64,000 nucleotides of DNA from Antedon mediterranea (GCF_964355755.1 NC_092676.1:9959888-10023887), one strand, 5' to 3'; shown: positions 49,380 through 62,985, counted from the stretch's first letter. Made by a program: numbers and translations. The notes: a model not told the origin generated them from the sequence alone.

Positions 49380-50044
49380 AACAACAGCGTAACCACCAGT
49401 AATGACGTAACCTCCAATAGTAGCGTAACCACCAACAATGGCGTAACCTCCAACAGCAACGTAACCACCAACAATGGTGTAACCTCCAACAGCAACGTAA
49501 CCACCAACAATGGCGTAACCTCCAACAGCAACGCAACCACCAACAATGGCGTAACCTCCAACAGCAACGTAACCACCAACAATGGTGTAACCTCCAACAG
49601 CAACGTAACCACCAACAATGGCGTAACCTCCAACAGCAACGTAACCACCAACAATGGCGTAACCTCCAACATCAACGTAACCACCAACAATGGTGTAACC
49701 TCCAACAGCAATGTAACCACCAATGGCGTAACCTCTAACAGCAATGTAACCACCAACAATGGCGTAACCTCCAACAGCAATGTAACCACCAACAATGGCG
49801 TAACCTCTAACAGCAACGTAACCTCCAACAATGGTGCAACCTCCAACAGCAACGTAACCACCAACAATGGCGTAACCACGTACCGGCTAACAGGGTAACC
49901 ACCAGTAGTCTTAACCACTGGCTAATAGGTGTACCCACCAGCAAAGTAGTATCACAACCACAGGGTGTACCTCCAACAGCAACGTAACCACCAACAATGG
50001 CGTAACCTCCAACAGCAACGTAACCACCAACAATGGTGTAACCT
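49380..50044. repeat. 36-bp minisatellite (AACAGCAACGTAACCACCAACAATGGCGTAACCTCC)n; resumes at 51811-51852 and 54385-54476
   Basis: Read directly; each unit has two related 18-bp halves. Confidence 0.95.
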
Positions 50045-51810
50045 GGGTATTGACAAACTGCAAGCTATGGATTCATTGGAGTCAGTGGAGTCAACGGCCC
50101 ACGTGACCATGTTAATTACAATTCAAGCGAGTCAGTACGAAGTGTAACTGTACTATTGTACCAAAAGTGCGAGGCACCATAAAACATATTAAATAATTTA
50201 ATATAATCTAGTATGTTCATATGAAACATTAGAGAGGAGTAATTATAAAATAAAATCATTATTTTATATTATGTTGTTCTAAACATACCCTACTAGTACT
50301 ACTACTAAAATAAAGTCAAGCCTGCCTGCTGCTCCCTTCTTGTTGGTCTCGCTTGTAGTTATTTTTTTTTCAAAATGTCCCCGGGCTGCGATTTTTTTTT
50401 TTTCGTACATAAGTTGGGGACCCCTCATGAAACGTCACAAAATAAACATGAATAATTCATCAGTTAAATTGTCTTACTCCGTTGGGTGCACACGGCAGGC
50501 GAACAAGTGATACAATTCTTTCTAGGCCTAGGATCCTAGGTCAATTCACGTGATTGCCTTCGCGCACTCTTCTTCACACACACCACTATGCAAAATGTGT
50601 CGAGGCAAATCGAGAGCTAGGCAAGACACATTCAACTGAGTAGTAATTGGACATAGCCCAAAGAAAGCTTAGACCCACGAGAATGTGTATAATTTGTGTA
50701 CTGTAATTTTTTTAATTCTGCTATTTGATTATCAAACAATATGCATGTACTCAAAGGAACTTTAAAAATGCGCGTATATGAACACATGAGATGGAAAGAT
50801 TAGACCCACGAGAATAAAAAATGTATTTTTGTGTAATGTAATTTGTTTAATTTTGCTGACTTATTACTCGGACTGTGTCATACCAGGGAGATGTAAATCT
50901 CCCTGGTCATACCTAACACACACACGTCACACTAGAATAGACATGGGTTTTAGAGCCTAATAGTATTAATAGAAACTATAATTTTAACACGTAGTTATTT
51001 AGTAATAAATTCTATTAAAAAACCCCAAAAACTAAAGGCTGATTATTTCGACAATCCACACAAAACGCCGCTATTCTTTTATGAAATCGCACGCGGCAAC
51101 CACAGCGAAGATAGGCCTAGAATCGTATCGCAGTTGTGTAATCACCTTGTTGTTGCTATACGCTTGGGTGCACACGGAGTAAGACAATTTAACTGATGAA
51201 TTATTCATGTTTATTATTTCATGAGGGGTCCCCAACTTATGTACGAAAAAAAAAATCGCCCCCGGGCCGCCGCCGGCCCGCCACACAGCCCAGGCCTAGT
51301 CTAGCCCCTAATACAATATAGGGCTTCCTACTAGATGATATTTTGTTGAAAAAAATACGTTTCACAAGACTTAGATTTAAAATATATGTAATCTACTGTA
51401 TTTCGTCCATTGACAGCGTTGATATAGAAGCTACTGCTAGGCCTAGACCGTACTAGGCATACAGCGAATAGCCGTCTCTACTCCCCGGCGGGCGGGCTAC
51501 AGTACTATACATGGCCTAGGCTAGCTAGCTAGGCTTCTTAGACGGTGACCAACTGTAAACATCGAAGTCGCATTTGGATATTCGAAATTGTTAACATAAT
51601 TACATTAACGGTAGGTGATTCATAAATGTTTATGAATTGTACACAAATATTAATGAAAACGAAGGCTTATTATTATTCGAAGGCTCGCTCGCTGTTGGTA
51701 TTTTTTCCGTTGAATTACCGTCGTGGATTGCATGCATTGCGTGGATTGCATGGATTGCGTGTATTATGCGTGCATTGCGTGCCTCGTTGACTCGCACTTT
51801 GGCAACACTC
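50045..51810. mobile_element. MULE-like non-autonomous element inside the minisatellite, containing an inverted-repeat element at 50379-51266
   Basis: Imperfect TIR GGGTATTGACAAACTGC / GCACTTTGGCAACACTC; 9-bp flanking repeat GTGTAACCT. Confidence 0.65.
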
Positions 51811-51852
51811 GTGTAACCTCCAACAGCAACGTAACCATCAACAATGGTGTAA

Positions 51853-54384
51853 AATTGAAAAAATTCATCTCCTCTGGGATTCACCCAGAGGTATTCAAGA
51901 AATAACTCAGAGAGGGCGCATGTCACAACAACATCAGCAGGTGCTTAAAAAAGGGGCTTAACTTCGCCATTAGCGAGAGCCAAATACCGGTTAACACATT
52001 GACTGCCAAGGCATTTTCCGTAATTTCTGTCCCAGTGCCAAGTCCCGTTTACATATTAAATTACAGTTTGAAAGTGTAACATCTGGTCACAGACTATCAT
52101 GATGTCATTCAAAATATTTTTAGATTATCGTTTACGTACATCATTCATAAACTGCCATGCGATAATTCCTGTTCCAATCACCACTGCCAGCGATTCTACA
52201 TACAATACAAAAGTGCTACGATTTTGACGTAGTATTACGTCTTGGCAAGTAGCGACACGCAATTTTTGACGTATAAATGAGTTGATCATAGCCACCGAAA
52301 CGGCAGCAAACCTGGGACAGGTACCCATAGAAGAAAAGGATGTCATACGAGGTAAGATCGTTTCACTAATAAAATCATACAAACCTCCATCTCCAAACTT
52401 ATCAGCCAAAGAAAGAACAGGGCTAAAATTGCTAAAAGAAGATCATGAGATTAAAATGTTACCTGCTGACAAAGGCCGTGCTACGGTTGTAGTAAACACA
52501 ACAGATTATAAAGCTAAGGTTAATGAGATGTTATCCGACGACCAAGTATATGAACAACTCAAATCAAACCCCACTCCAAAATATAAACGTGCTTTGGTGA
52601 ATACCCTAAATAGATTGCTTAATGAAAAGAAAATCACATATGGGGAAAAATGTAAATTATTCCCGACAGCGGAAAAAACTCCTAGGCTATATTGCACACC
52701 TAAAATTCATAAACCAAATTGGCCTTTGAGGCCAATCGTAGACGGTATAGACTCCATTTACTATGAGGTGTCCAAATTTCTAAGAGATATTCTAAAACCA
52801 ATGGTTGGCAACACCACACACTCAATAAACAACTCTAAAGAACTAGCCACCGAACTAAAAGATCTTCATGTGTCACCTAACCAAACCTTTGTTTCGTTTG
52901 ATGTAGTGTCTTTGTTTACAAAGACCCCTACAGAAAAATCACTGGAAATAATACATGAATGCTTGAGGGCTGACAAAACGCTACAAACCCGTACAAAACT
53001 GAAAGTAGAAGATGTTATGGAACTGTTGTCTCTGGTCATGAATACCGCATACTTTAGTTTTGGAAACATCATATACAGGCAAAAATCTGGCATAGCTATG
53101 GGAAGTCCAATTAGCCCAATCGTTGCTAACCTGTTTTTAGAATGGTTGGAGACTGAGGCCATAAGCAGGGCAAATGACAACATCAGACCCACTTGTTGGC
53201 GAAGGTATGTAGATGATGTGTTAGCTGTGGTCAAAAAAGAAGCTATAGAAGATCTTAACAAACATCTTAACACCATAGACCCTACTAAAAGTATCAAGTT
53301 TACTACAGAAAGAATGACCGATAACACTCTTCCGTTCTTGGACTGCCTCATCACCCTAAAACTGACGGTACTATAAAAACTTCGATTTACAGGAAACCCA
53401 CACATACTGACCAATACTTAAACTTCAAATCAAATCATCCTCTAGAGCACAAGCTGAGCGTCATCAACACACTAGTGGACAGATGCCAAAACATTGTAAC
53501 AACACAGCAGAGCAAAAGAGAAGAGATGAAGCACATCCGAAAAGTACTTAATATATGTGAATATCCAAATTGGGCCATCGATAGAGTGATACAAGAAACA
53601 AGAAAAGAATAGTCAGAAAAAAGGAGAAAATAAACAAGACATGCGTGGCAGCGTAGCTTTACCCTATGTGAGAGGGCTATCCGAAAAGATACGTAGAACG
53701 CTCACTAGCCATAAAATTAACTCTTACTTTGTACCCCAAAACAAATTAAGATCGCATCTAGTACACCCAAAAGATAAGATTAAGCCGGAGGACACAAGTG
53801 GAGTAGTGTATGGTGTACCCTGTATGAATTGCAACTTAATATACATAGGAGAAACTGGTAGAAAACTGGGAAACAGAATAAAAGAACATAAAAAAGATGT
53901 AGAAGATCACATGAAAGGAGTCATTACAAGGTCAAGCAGAATGTCACAATCAAACATTACACATAAATCTGCAATCACAGACCATGCTATAAAGGAAAAC
54001 CATACACCTAATTGGGAGGCGAAAGTGTTAAAGAAAGAGGGAAACATCAACAAGAGAGGATGGCAAGAAGCAATTATAATTGCTGGAATTAATGGAAACA
54101 ACATGAACAGAGACCAAGGAGGAATGTGGCTGCCACACATATATGATGACCTGTTAGAAGTGAGACGGCCGGCCGGGGCGGACCCTTCTGGGATTCACCC
54201 AGAGGTATTCAAGAAATAACTCAGAGCGGGCGCATGTCACAACATCACGTGACTATGCAATGATCAGTGTCGGCAAACCAAGCTGACACCACTACCTTGA
54301 AAAAGTGCGATGCTAACGCACGAAACGTTGGTAAGTTTCAACGTTTATTTTCACCTTCATGAAAAAAGAAAATTTGATGTCAAA
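51853..54384 (+). mobile_element. Penelope-like retroelement (RT plus GIY-YIG endonuclease), decayed
   Basis: ORF 52282-53376 (PADKG, PKIHK, LRPIV, SFDVVSLFT, GIAMGSPISP, RYVDD); ORF 53641-54219 (GVVY..C..C..IYIGETGR..RIKEH). Partial terminal repeat at 51871-51929 matches 54187-54243. Apparent TSD AACAATGGTGTAA. Confidence 0.93.
54293..54333 (+). ncRNA. Minimal hammerhead ribozyme in the Penelope 3' repeat, U3-A8 variant
   Basis: TACC TTGAAAA A GTGCG ATGCTAA CGCAC GAAA CG TT GGTA. Confidence 0.75.
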
Positions 54385-55751
54385 AACAATGGTGTAACCT
54401 CCAACAGCAACGTAATCACCAACAATGACGTAACCTCCAACAGCAACGCAACCACCAACAATGGCGTAACCTCCAACTGCTTCTCCTCCTTTTCAACTCC
54501 CTGCTCATCTGCCGCCCTATATCTTTTCTCACCCAACATTATTACAGTACCATATCACGACAGCAGACGCGCTGCCATTATACAAAAGTCCCACGTGAGT
54601 GAAGCCTGTTCTCTCGAATGTGCTAATTACAGCATAACATTTCTCTAACATTAACAAAAGTCAACTAAATCTTATCTTTGATGATTACATATAACTTTGT
54701 TCTCTTTCAACTAATTATTAACTCTTTTCGTCGACTCACCTCCAAATAAAAACTGAGGGCGCACTAACAACTTCGAACAACGAAACAGCATGTGATATCA
54801 TATTTATTATTCTGCACATTTATATCCAGGTCAAATGAAAACATTATAATTAGTCTACAGATTTTACTGCATTATGCAAACTACTTGGAGGAGTAGTAGC
54901 TTTAGTTTGCATGAACCTAAAGTTTTTTAACGAAAATTTCCCTGAAGACTGTTGTTGTATTGTTTACCTATGAAAGCAAAAAAACTGTTATGCTCTAAAT
55001 AAATGTTACACCTACAACCTAGTGAGTATAACATACGAATGGCAATAAGTCTAAATCTAATTATTTCAGTGATTTGATTCCCTCATATAATTACAAACCT
55101 TCGAAAACTTTAAAAAAAAAATTGTTATAAGATTTTAAAATGATTTTCTTAAAATTCGAAAAATGTCAGACTCGTAGATACAGGATGTCACTTATACCCA
55201 CAATTTTATATAACATCATAGTTAGAAATTGAATTTTTTATAAGCATTATATCATTCTTTTTATGGAGTTTTATCTTAGCATCCTAGTAAAAAAGGAATA
55301 TTATATAAGCATCTTTATTATTTATTATTAATTGGTTTAATTTGTAATAAAGTAATTGTAATGGCATTGTTATGTTTTGTATTGCTATTATAATCATTGT
55401 ATTGTGTTTTGATGTATTTATTTATACTTTTATATTTTTATATCATGTAAATACAATTCTTTCAGCTTTTGCTCCTTTTTGTATATTCTATTATACCGGA
55501 AAAAAATAAAGGAATAAGAGCCACCCACAATTGTTGTATTGGAAATTTGTAAAACTCATACTAGCAGATGGAAAGAGACTTTATAAACAAAAAACATTCT
55601 TTTGATATACTTGGTATAACAACAACATAACATGATAATGGCAAATATCAGAATATTCACATGCTACCGTACCTTTTATAAGGTAGGCCTAAATATTTCA
55701 ACAAATTATAGAACCGTCGTTAATCAATTTGACCGATGTATTATAGTATTA

Positions 55752-58700
55752 CTAATTTAATAGCAGAGTCTTAAAGTTTTCTTTCTGTAATACTCCGCCA
55801 TACAGATCTTTAATGCATGCAGCGTGGATTTCGATGTCTTTCATTTCGGCAGTCTGCAAAAGAAGTAAATGAAAAACACCAAGGTTTAAATTTCTTTCAG
55901 TAGGATCAAAGGATGGTAGCGATACAACAATTATTACTGCCATAATTTTATTCTCAACAAGAGAGGCAGTATTTTGATTGCTATGGTTCATTAATGAGAG
56001 AAAGAGCCAACAAATTGAATATCAAATCTAGGCCTAAAACACTACATATACAATACAACAGCGGCTTTTGGAAGCTGATACAACTGTCTAAAAGTAACAC
56101 TTCTTGACGGTCAATTGATCATGGTTTTTTTACTGTTGCTCACTACGTAGTCTATATTCAATAAACACATGTCATGAGATTGGTTTTTTAAACAATGCAG
56201 CAACACTGATGTGCCCATAATTAGTTGGTCTTAATACTTACTGTTAACCCCTGTGCATTCATAACATCTTTGACAAATGCCGTTATTTCATCTCCTTTAA
56301 TTGTATTATCATTATTCTAGAAATAAACAAATAATACAAATCTAGACTAATCCAAAAATTAAAAAACAAACTAATATTATTATCAATAATTAGAACGAAA
56401 AAAATATTAGTGCAAAAAGAGGCTTACGTAATCATAATGTTGAAATATTGCTTCGAATTCAGTCAAGCTTACATTCTAAAAAATAAATTGAATTTGTATA
56501 AAATGTAAAATAAGAACTATGTATTGTTTTTTTTTATTCAACAACAATGCATGCTAATATTTTAAGCTTATATAGAAAAATAAAAATAAGCCAAGAAAAT
56601 TAGTCGTAAGTTTTCAAAATCTTTAATTTAAAATTATTGTAGTTCCGTCATTAAACGTCAGAAACTAGACGTTTCTTTGATATAAAATATCACGGGGTAT
56701 TCCTAGGATTTGGATAGTTAAATATTGTATACCGTATTTACTCGAATAAACCATCCGTAAAACGTCCCTATAGAACATAATTTTGACGCCACATGCGTAT
56801 ATAGGCCTACAAGAGAGGCGAAATAAGCCAGCTATAATATCGTATTACAACACATTTCTATTTCTAGTAGAATTCATTGATTGACATGACATTTACCAAG
56901 CATTTTTATACAATTTTTACTGTATTTTATCACTCCTTGATATTAATTGTGTTGTATTTTTAGTCGTTAGTCGCGTGCAACGCGACTCTATAGCCCACTC
57001 AGTCGTTCGGTCGGTAAACACTAATTCAAATTTGCGCACGGGACTGCAGCCATGTATATGGCCTTGTTTCAACACCTCCCTCAAATAAACAATAAACATA
57101 TAAAACAGATAGTTATGGCTTTTAAATACCTGGAATTGTTTTACAAAATTTTCTTCAACTGGCAACAATCTGCAAAATAATTGTCAACAACTTTATGAAA
57201 TGCATACACCATGTTGAAGTAGTAAATAGGATTTGTAGACGAAAGAAAGAATAATTTTAACAAAAACAAATTATGTGCGCACAAATGAACTGTATTACGT
57301 CGATTTTTTATTCAGTCAACACCGAGGTGAACTGAAACTGGTTTTTATTTTGTCACTTGGCGAATCACCAGCACGAATGTGCAATATATAGCCAGCGCCT
57401 ACAACCCATGTTTTGTTTGAATTGACAGATAGACGAATGTGTTGTCCGCACAATTCAGTCCAGTAGTCTTTGAGTTGCAGGATATTCCCACACTTTTATA
57501 ATTTATATTTATTTACTAGCAGTTCAGTGACTACTGAAGACGGATGGGTACGGTATGCATACCGATACAAGTACAAATTTCAAGCGAGAGAACCTGTCAC
57601 GGTTAAAAATATATTTAAAAGTGCAAATACCAAGTCGCCGTTTAACCGATTGGGTTCTGTTTTTTCTTTCTTTCTTTTTTCTAGCGACATTTTCAAATGC
57701 AACTAATTACAGACACAGCTCTGATTTCCTCCAATTTTGGTCAGTATTACTTCTACCCCTGCTATTTATGTGGTGTTCATAATATCACATAAGTGTTGTT
57801 ATGGTAAAAAAAAAAAAATTACAAAGAAGAAGAGACGAGACTACTTGTCCCACAAAATTAATATAGTCCTTTGAATATTAATGTTGTTATGTCTTGGTGG
57901 TCATGAAATTAGGATCAATGGTCAGGAAGGGGTAATTTTGTAAATGGCGCTATACAAGAATATTTTATTGGAACAGCTGAAACACTAGAACTTTGTTCTT
58001 AGATAATTGGACCATTTAGGATCAATTGATATGAAAGTGTGTAACTCATATATAAAGATTAGCCCATCATTATAGGCCTACAGTAAAAAATACAAATTGA
58101 AGCCCGAGTACCATATACCTGGCCGGCCTGGCTGCTTGTTTAGAAGGCTGTTCGTCTCGGCTTGTTTCCTGAAATTGAATGCATTTTACTAACAAGACAG
58201 TTGAGCAGGCTATTATGTTGTAACAACATGGTGCTAACAATGGTGTGCTAACACACACACACACGCAGACACACCCCCCCCCCCTACCCACCCCCCATTC
58301 ACACATCTATTACATTAAAGTTAAAGCTTACTTAGCCAATTCATGAATGCTGAATTTGCCATCATTGTTCATGTCGAAAATGTCAATCTATGTGAACAGA
58401 GGAAAAAGAAAGGCAGTATGTTTTATATGAAATTTATATTTACTCAACACAAATTGTTTATGTGAGTCAATATAATATACGCTGGTTCATTTATTTACAA
58501 AAATACAAAGAAAACAATGTACGGATTCTTTCTACATATTGGCCATAGCAGTATGAACTGAATTGCGGGATTACATTTCTAGATTACAAAAAAATAAATA
58601 TACAAATTAAAATTTTAGAATTCAAAAATGTTAAAAATAACGATTCAATTTAGGCCTACAATTAAAAGGAAAATCAAATTTTGTATTACAAAAAAATCAC

Positions 58701-59638
58701 CGTAAAATTCCAATTCCGATCACGAGCAGACATTATGTTATAATTATGTACCGAATTGAACTATTGTGAAAGCGCTCTATTTTGGTTTTTGATTGCTTGA
58801 ATTTATGCATTATTATTATTACGAAGAGTAATTTTAATATGTGGCAAGCAATGTGTTTCCTTACAACTGTTTCTGTATAGTCGTCAATCACCTTCTGATC
58901 ATACACTTTGTCTGGTGTACTTGCCAATAAATCTCGAACAAAATTCTAAATAAGGAATGAATATAAATAATTTTGCTACTTTCAAGTTTAGTAACCTATT
59001 CTTGAAGCCAAGATTTATATTGTCTGAAATCAAGGTAATTGTACAGAATCTATCGCCTAGTACAGTATACGATATGATGTGTCGTGTACTACAAACAGTA
59101 TTATTTTGTTTGTTTGTTTTAAATGTCTCGCTTATAAAACAATTCGTTTAAATTAAACACAATTTTTCAAAATTGCCTTGTCAACCATGTTGGTGCTGGT
59201 CCTGGAGACTATATATATTTCGTTTTATGTCAATAGCAAGTTTTTATTTTTCAAAATGTTCTCACCCATGCTGGAGCTGAGGACCTCACCCATGCTGGAG
59301 CTGAGGACCTCACCCATGCTGGAGCTGAGGTCCTCACCCATGCTGGAGCTGAGGTCCTGGAGACTTAAAGTATATTTGTTAAGATAGTGTACCGGGAAAA
59401 TTACGCGGCTCTTACTAACCTTAAGTTCTTTTGCTTCAATGAAATTGCTTTTGTCTGTGTCATAATTTTTCCAAATCTACATATAAAAAAAATCAAGGTC
59501 TTTTATACAATCATAGACCTATTAAGTAATCAAATATATTTGAATAAAGTAAAGAAAAGTACCTTTATAAATTCAGTGCAATGAAGTTTCATATTTGAGT
59601 GGAATTTCTCTAGAATTTCTTTTATTGCTGTGTCACAC
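55752..59638 (-). CDS. Calbindin/calretinin/secretagogin-family EF-hand Ca2+-binding protein (Cbp53E-like); 5' end unresolved
   Basis: Minus-strand GT-AG exons: 59563-~59638 (..MKLHCTEFIK), 59420-59476 (IWKNYDTDKSNFIEAKELK), 58865-58945 (NFVRDLL...YTETV), 58332-58387 (IDIFDMNNDGKFSIHELAK), 57130-57169 (LLPVEENFVKQFQ), 56428-56475, 56242-56316 (NNDNTIKGDEITAFVKD), 55752-55853 (stop). LLPxEENF is the family signature. Confidence 0.85.
59261..59358. repeat. 24-bp tandem repeat, 4 copies (CTCACCCATGCTGGAGCTGAGGAC)
   Basis: Read directly; intronic. Confidence 0.9.
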
Positions 59639-60521
59639 CTAAATGGAAAATGGTGGATAGATTATTTAGGCATTTGTGGCGTTTTATACATAGCGTTTTC
59701 TGGGCGACACCAGAAAACAAAAGACACATAGGAAGTTTAGTTTCTATAACTTAACTTTCTGTTCATGAATGTTTATGACAGGTTTGGGACAGGTAGGTTG
59801 CATAGCCTATCCTGGACGGCGTTTTGACAAAATTATTTAGCTATAGAATTATATAATCACAATATCTAACATTATGTCCATAATGTACATAGGACTTCTG
59901 AACTAAAATGCATTTCCGACCAGGAATGGTACTCTCCCACTTTCTTACAGAAATAATGTACATTTGCGGAATGTATTATGTCTATATGGCAAACTTGAAC
60001 CAGTGTCACCGTGCAAAAATCAAGTGATAAATGGATATAATATGGTATATCTCACGAGAAGAATAAGCAGCAGTGGACTTTTATTGAGGCGTAACTTTAA
60101 TATGCTCGTATTGAATAAATACATCTCCTTCCAAAGAAATAATTTAAATGAAATTATTACTTACATACCTTGTACCTTATTACGTGAACGGAAGTGAAAA
60201 AACGCACGATCACGTTGGGCGAGTTTCAACGTTTTTCACTTTTCTTCACGTAACAAGAACAATTTCATTTACAACCACATTCAGTATAATCATTAGACTA
60301 TGTATACTTACATTGCAGGAGATGGATCGATTAGTGTTAAACAAACTGAAGTAAAGGAAAAAAATATAGTCTAACTTTTTTTTGTTTCATATATGTGTCT
60401 ATTAGCTGTTGTAGTCCTTGTACTTGTAAGAATCCTTGTAATGATTCGTATGTATTTACGCAACCGTAGTATTGCATTGTAATCTTGAACGATCTTCTAA
60501 TTAAACAACGGTTAGTCTGTT

Positions 60522-60557
60522 CATAGAGATATTATAGTTCACTATAATATCTCTATG
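60522..60557. mobile_element. P-like transposon remnant/excision footprint (17-bp TIR + TC + 17-bp TIR)
   Basis: GTCTGTT-CATAGAGATATTATAGT-TC-ACTATAATATCTCTATG-GTCTGTT. Confidence 0.8.
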
Positions 60558-62985
60558 GTCTGTTGTTTGCCGTGAAGGCGTTTTTGTAAAAAGACTACTT
60601 TGTTACATTCCAAGCGATTCTTTAAAAAATGATAATATAGCGAATGATGAGGGTCGTGTGTGTTTTGCTTATATTTGTGCGTGATGGTAATTTAATGTCA
60701 TTTTTAAAACAATAGAAAAACGATGCAGTTTTGTCATCTGAAAAAATATATGTGGATTGCGTAAATAAGTGCTTCAATACTTCGATACAATTACGAGTGT
60801 AAAGTGAAACCAAGCGAGTGTTTCTTGTAGTATTAACCACATAGTTAATCATTTCAATTTGTAACATCCTGTTTATTTGATAGAAAACGCAAACGTTGGC
60901 CTCAATCTTGTTTTTCTTTGGGATCGTTTGAACAAATAATATGTTACAGGAGCGTACACTTTTGATTAGCTGGGGAATTTTCCCGCACAAAGTTTTATTT
61001 TATATTCAATTCGATTCAATTAATTCAACATTTATTTTATTCATTACAATAACACTATAGGCATATTAATGAACAAGACATATTTATTACAAAAAACGTC
61101 GCTCGACTTTTTTTGACTCCGTTGTCTGCTGTACAGAACAATCTTAAACTAAACTAGAATTAGTATTATGCATCACGGTTAGGGGAGTTACTCCTTAAGG
61201 TTTTGGAGTGACTCACATACCCAAACTTTAAAGTAAACAAAATTTATAATTTCCGATGAACATTCGTCTTAAACATTCTTCATCTCCACACACAATTCGC
61301 TAAAAGTATTTACTACAATAGAGAAAGTATTGTTTTGACCATTATTCAATTATAAATCCGACGTAATTATAACCGGCTACGTTGACAGCCAAAACGGATT
61401 ATTAAACGAGTTATTTACTAAAAATCGGTCTTACAGACTACTGTTTGCGCATGTCCATTTCGAGTTTACAAATTCCAGTTTAGACTCTCTTCCCATTCAA
61501 ATATCGACAATCACTAGAAATATATGACGAAATAACGTATAAATTATGTCTGCAGCCGATTCTAGTACGAATAACAAGTTTAGCGATTAAACACCATGAC
61601 GGTGATACAATAGTATCGGATATACAAACTACTGTCAGTCTACACGCTTTCCAGTAGGTTAACATTACTCAAATTTAATCGTCCCTATTAAAGTTTAAAA
61701 ACTGCTACTTAAAGAATCTTATGCTAAAACTAATACATTCATTAATCATAATTAGGCCTATTAACAAAGTCACATACCTTTTATAGAAAACTGAATACAA
61801 TATTGATCGCCCAAGTCAAATCAAACTATTACCTATTAATACTAAATAGTCGAATGGTTTAAAATCAAACTAATTCATCCATACTTATAGGAACATCCTG
61901 ATCCTTAAATCCTGATACAAGGTCAGTTTGGATTATCCGGTTTGAAACGTGTGACACAACCTGGTTCTGTCATTGTATACTATTGTAACCATCTCTTACA
62001 AAAACAAGGCCATATTCATGGCTGCAGTCGCGCGCTGAAGTTAGTTAGTGTTTACCGACCAACCGACCGACATAGTGAGCTGTAGAGTCTTGTTGCACGC
62101 GACTAAAACATTGTTTCGTGCATTGCCAGGTTTCAGAACAAGAATATTTTAAACATTTCATGACAATATTGAGTTTACAATGGAAATTATATGAATGAAT
62201 TATAATGAATGTTTATGATTTGGATAAATAAAAACATTCATTATTTCACTACTATTGTGATCTTTTGTGCGGTAGTATTATCTTTAGACGGATTCTCTGA
62301 AAACTTTCTAATGAATAAACTATATTATATTCTTTTGACTTCTTATAAATTAATATTTTTTTATTATTTTTCAATATGTCCAAGGTGTACAGTAGTAAAA
62401 TTATCAAGTGTTTAACCAAATGTTAAAGATGAATTATCCCCCAAAAATAAGAAAAATGAAGATTAATTAAATCATACTTTGAATAGGTTATTTTGTAGTT
62501 TAAATTAAGTTTTAAAAACGGGGGGAAATGGATGGATGGATAAATTTAACCAAAAATTCATTGGCTGGCAGCCAATTTGACAATTGTTTGCTTTGAATTA
62601 GATGAGCTAGGTGCCAATATCTGACTATTTAAGTGTTTTGGGGGTCACTTGAAGTCAATGAAAATGGGAGTCTGTCGGGTACCCACTGCTAGACCGGGGG
62701 ACCCGAAACGTGCTAATAAATCGACCCAGATGAGAGAGATACCACTTAATTTTACCACCATGGGATGCCCATTGGCATCCTTATACCAGTATCACAAACG
62801 ACATACTTTTTCTCTGCTGCAAAAGGCCCGCCAGACCCCCTGAGGGAGGGCCTAAAAGGGGGTTAGCATAGATGAGTGAGGTACCACTCAAAATTAATGC
62901 CAAATGAACAAGTTGTGTTCATACAATACTAAATAGATAACAACAGACTAATTGTCTGCTGCACCGCAAGTGCCAGACACCCTAT

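Noticed and set aside
49301-49918. 205-aa VTLLLEVTPLL repeat ORF
   Set aside because: Stop-free frame of a 36-bp minisatellite that is disrupted by transposons; no splice or domain support.
51991-52284. piggyBac-like MITE replacing the Penelope 5' region
   Set aside because: Only weak terminal similarity (TTAACACATT / AATGAGTTGA); not enough to call.
58519-58576. AG...GT-bounded segment between EF-hand exons
   Set aside because: It would shift the frame and has no family similarity; the flanking exons join cleanly without it.
59178-59189. Possible first exon ATG GTT GAC AAG with a GC donor for the EF-hand gene
   Set aside because: A canonical upstream exon (59420-59476) encodes the expected EF3 loop and splices in phase.
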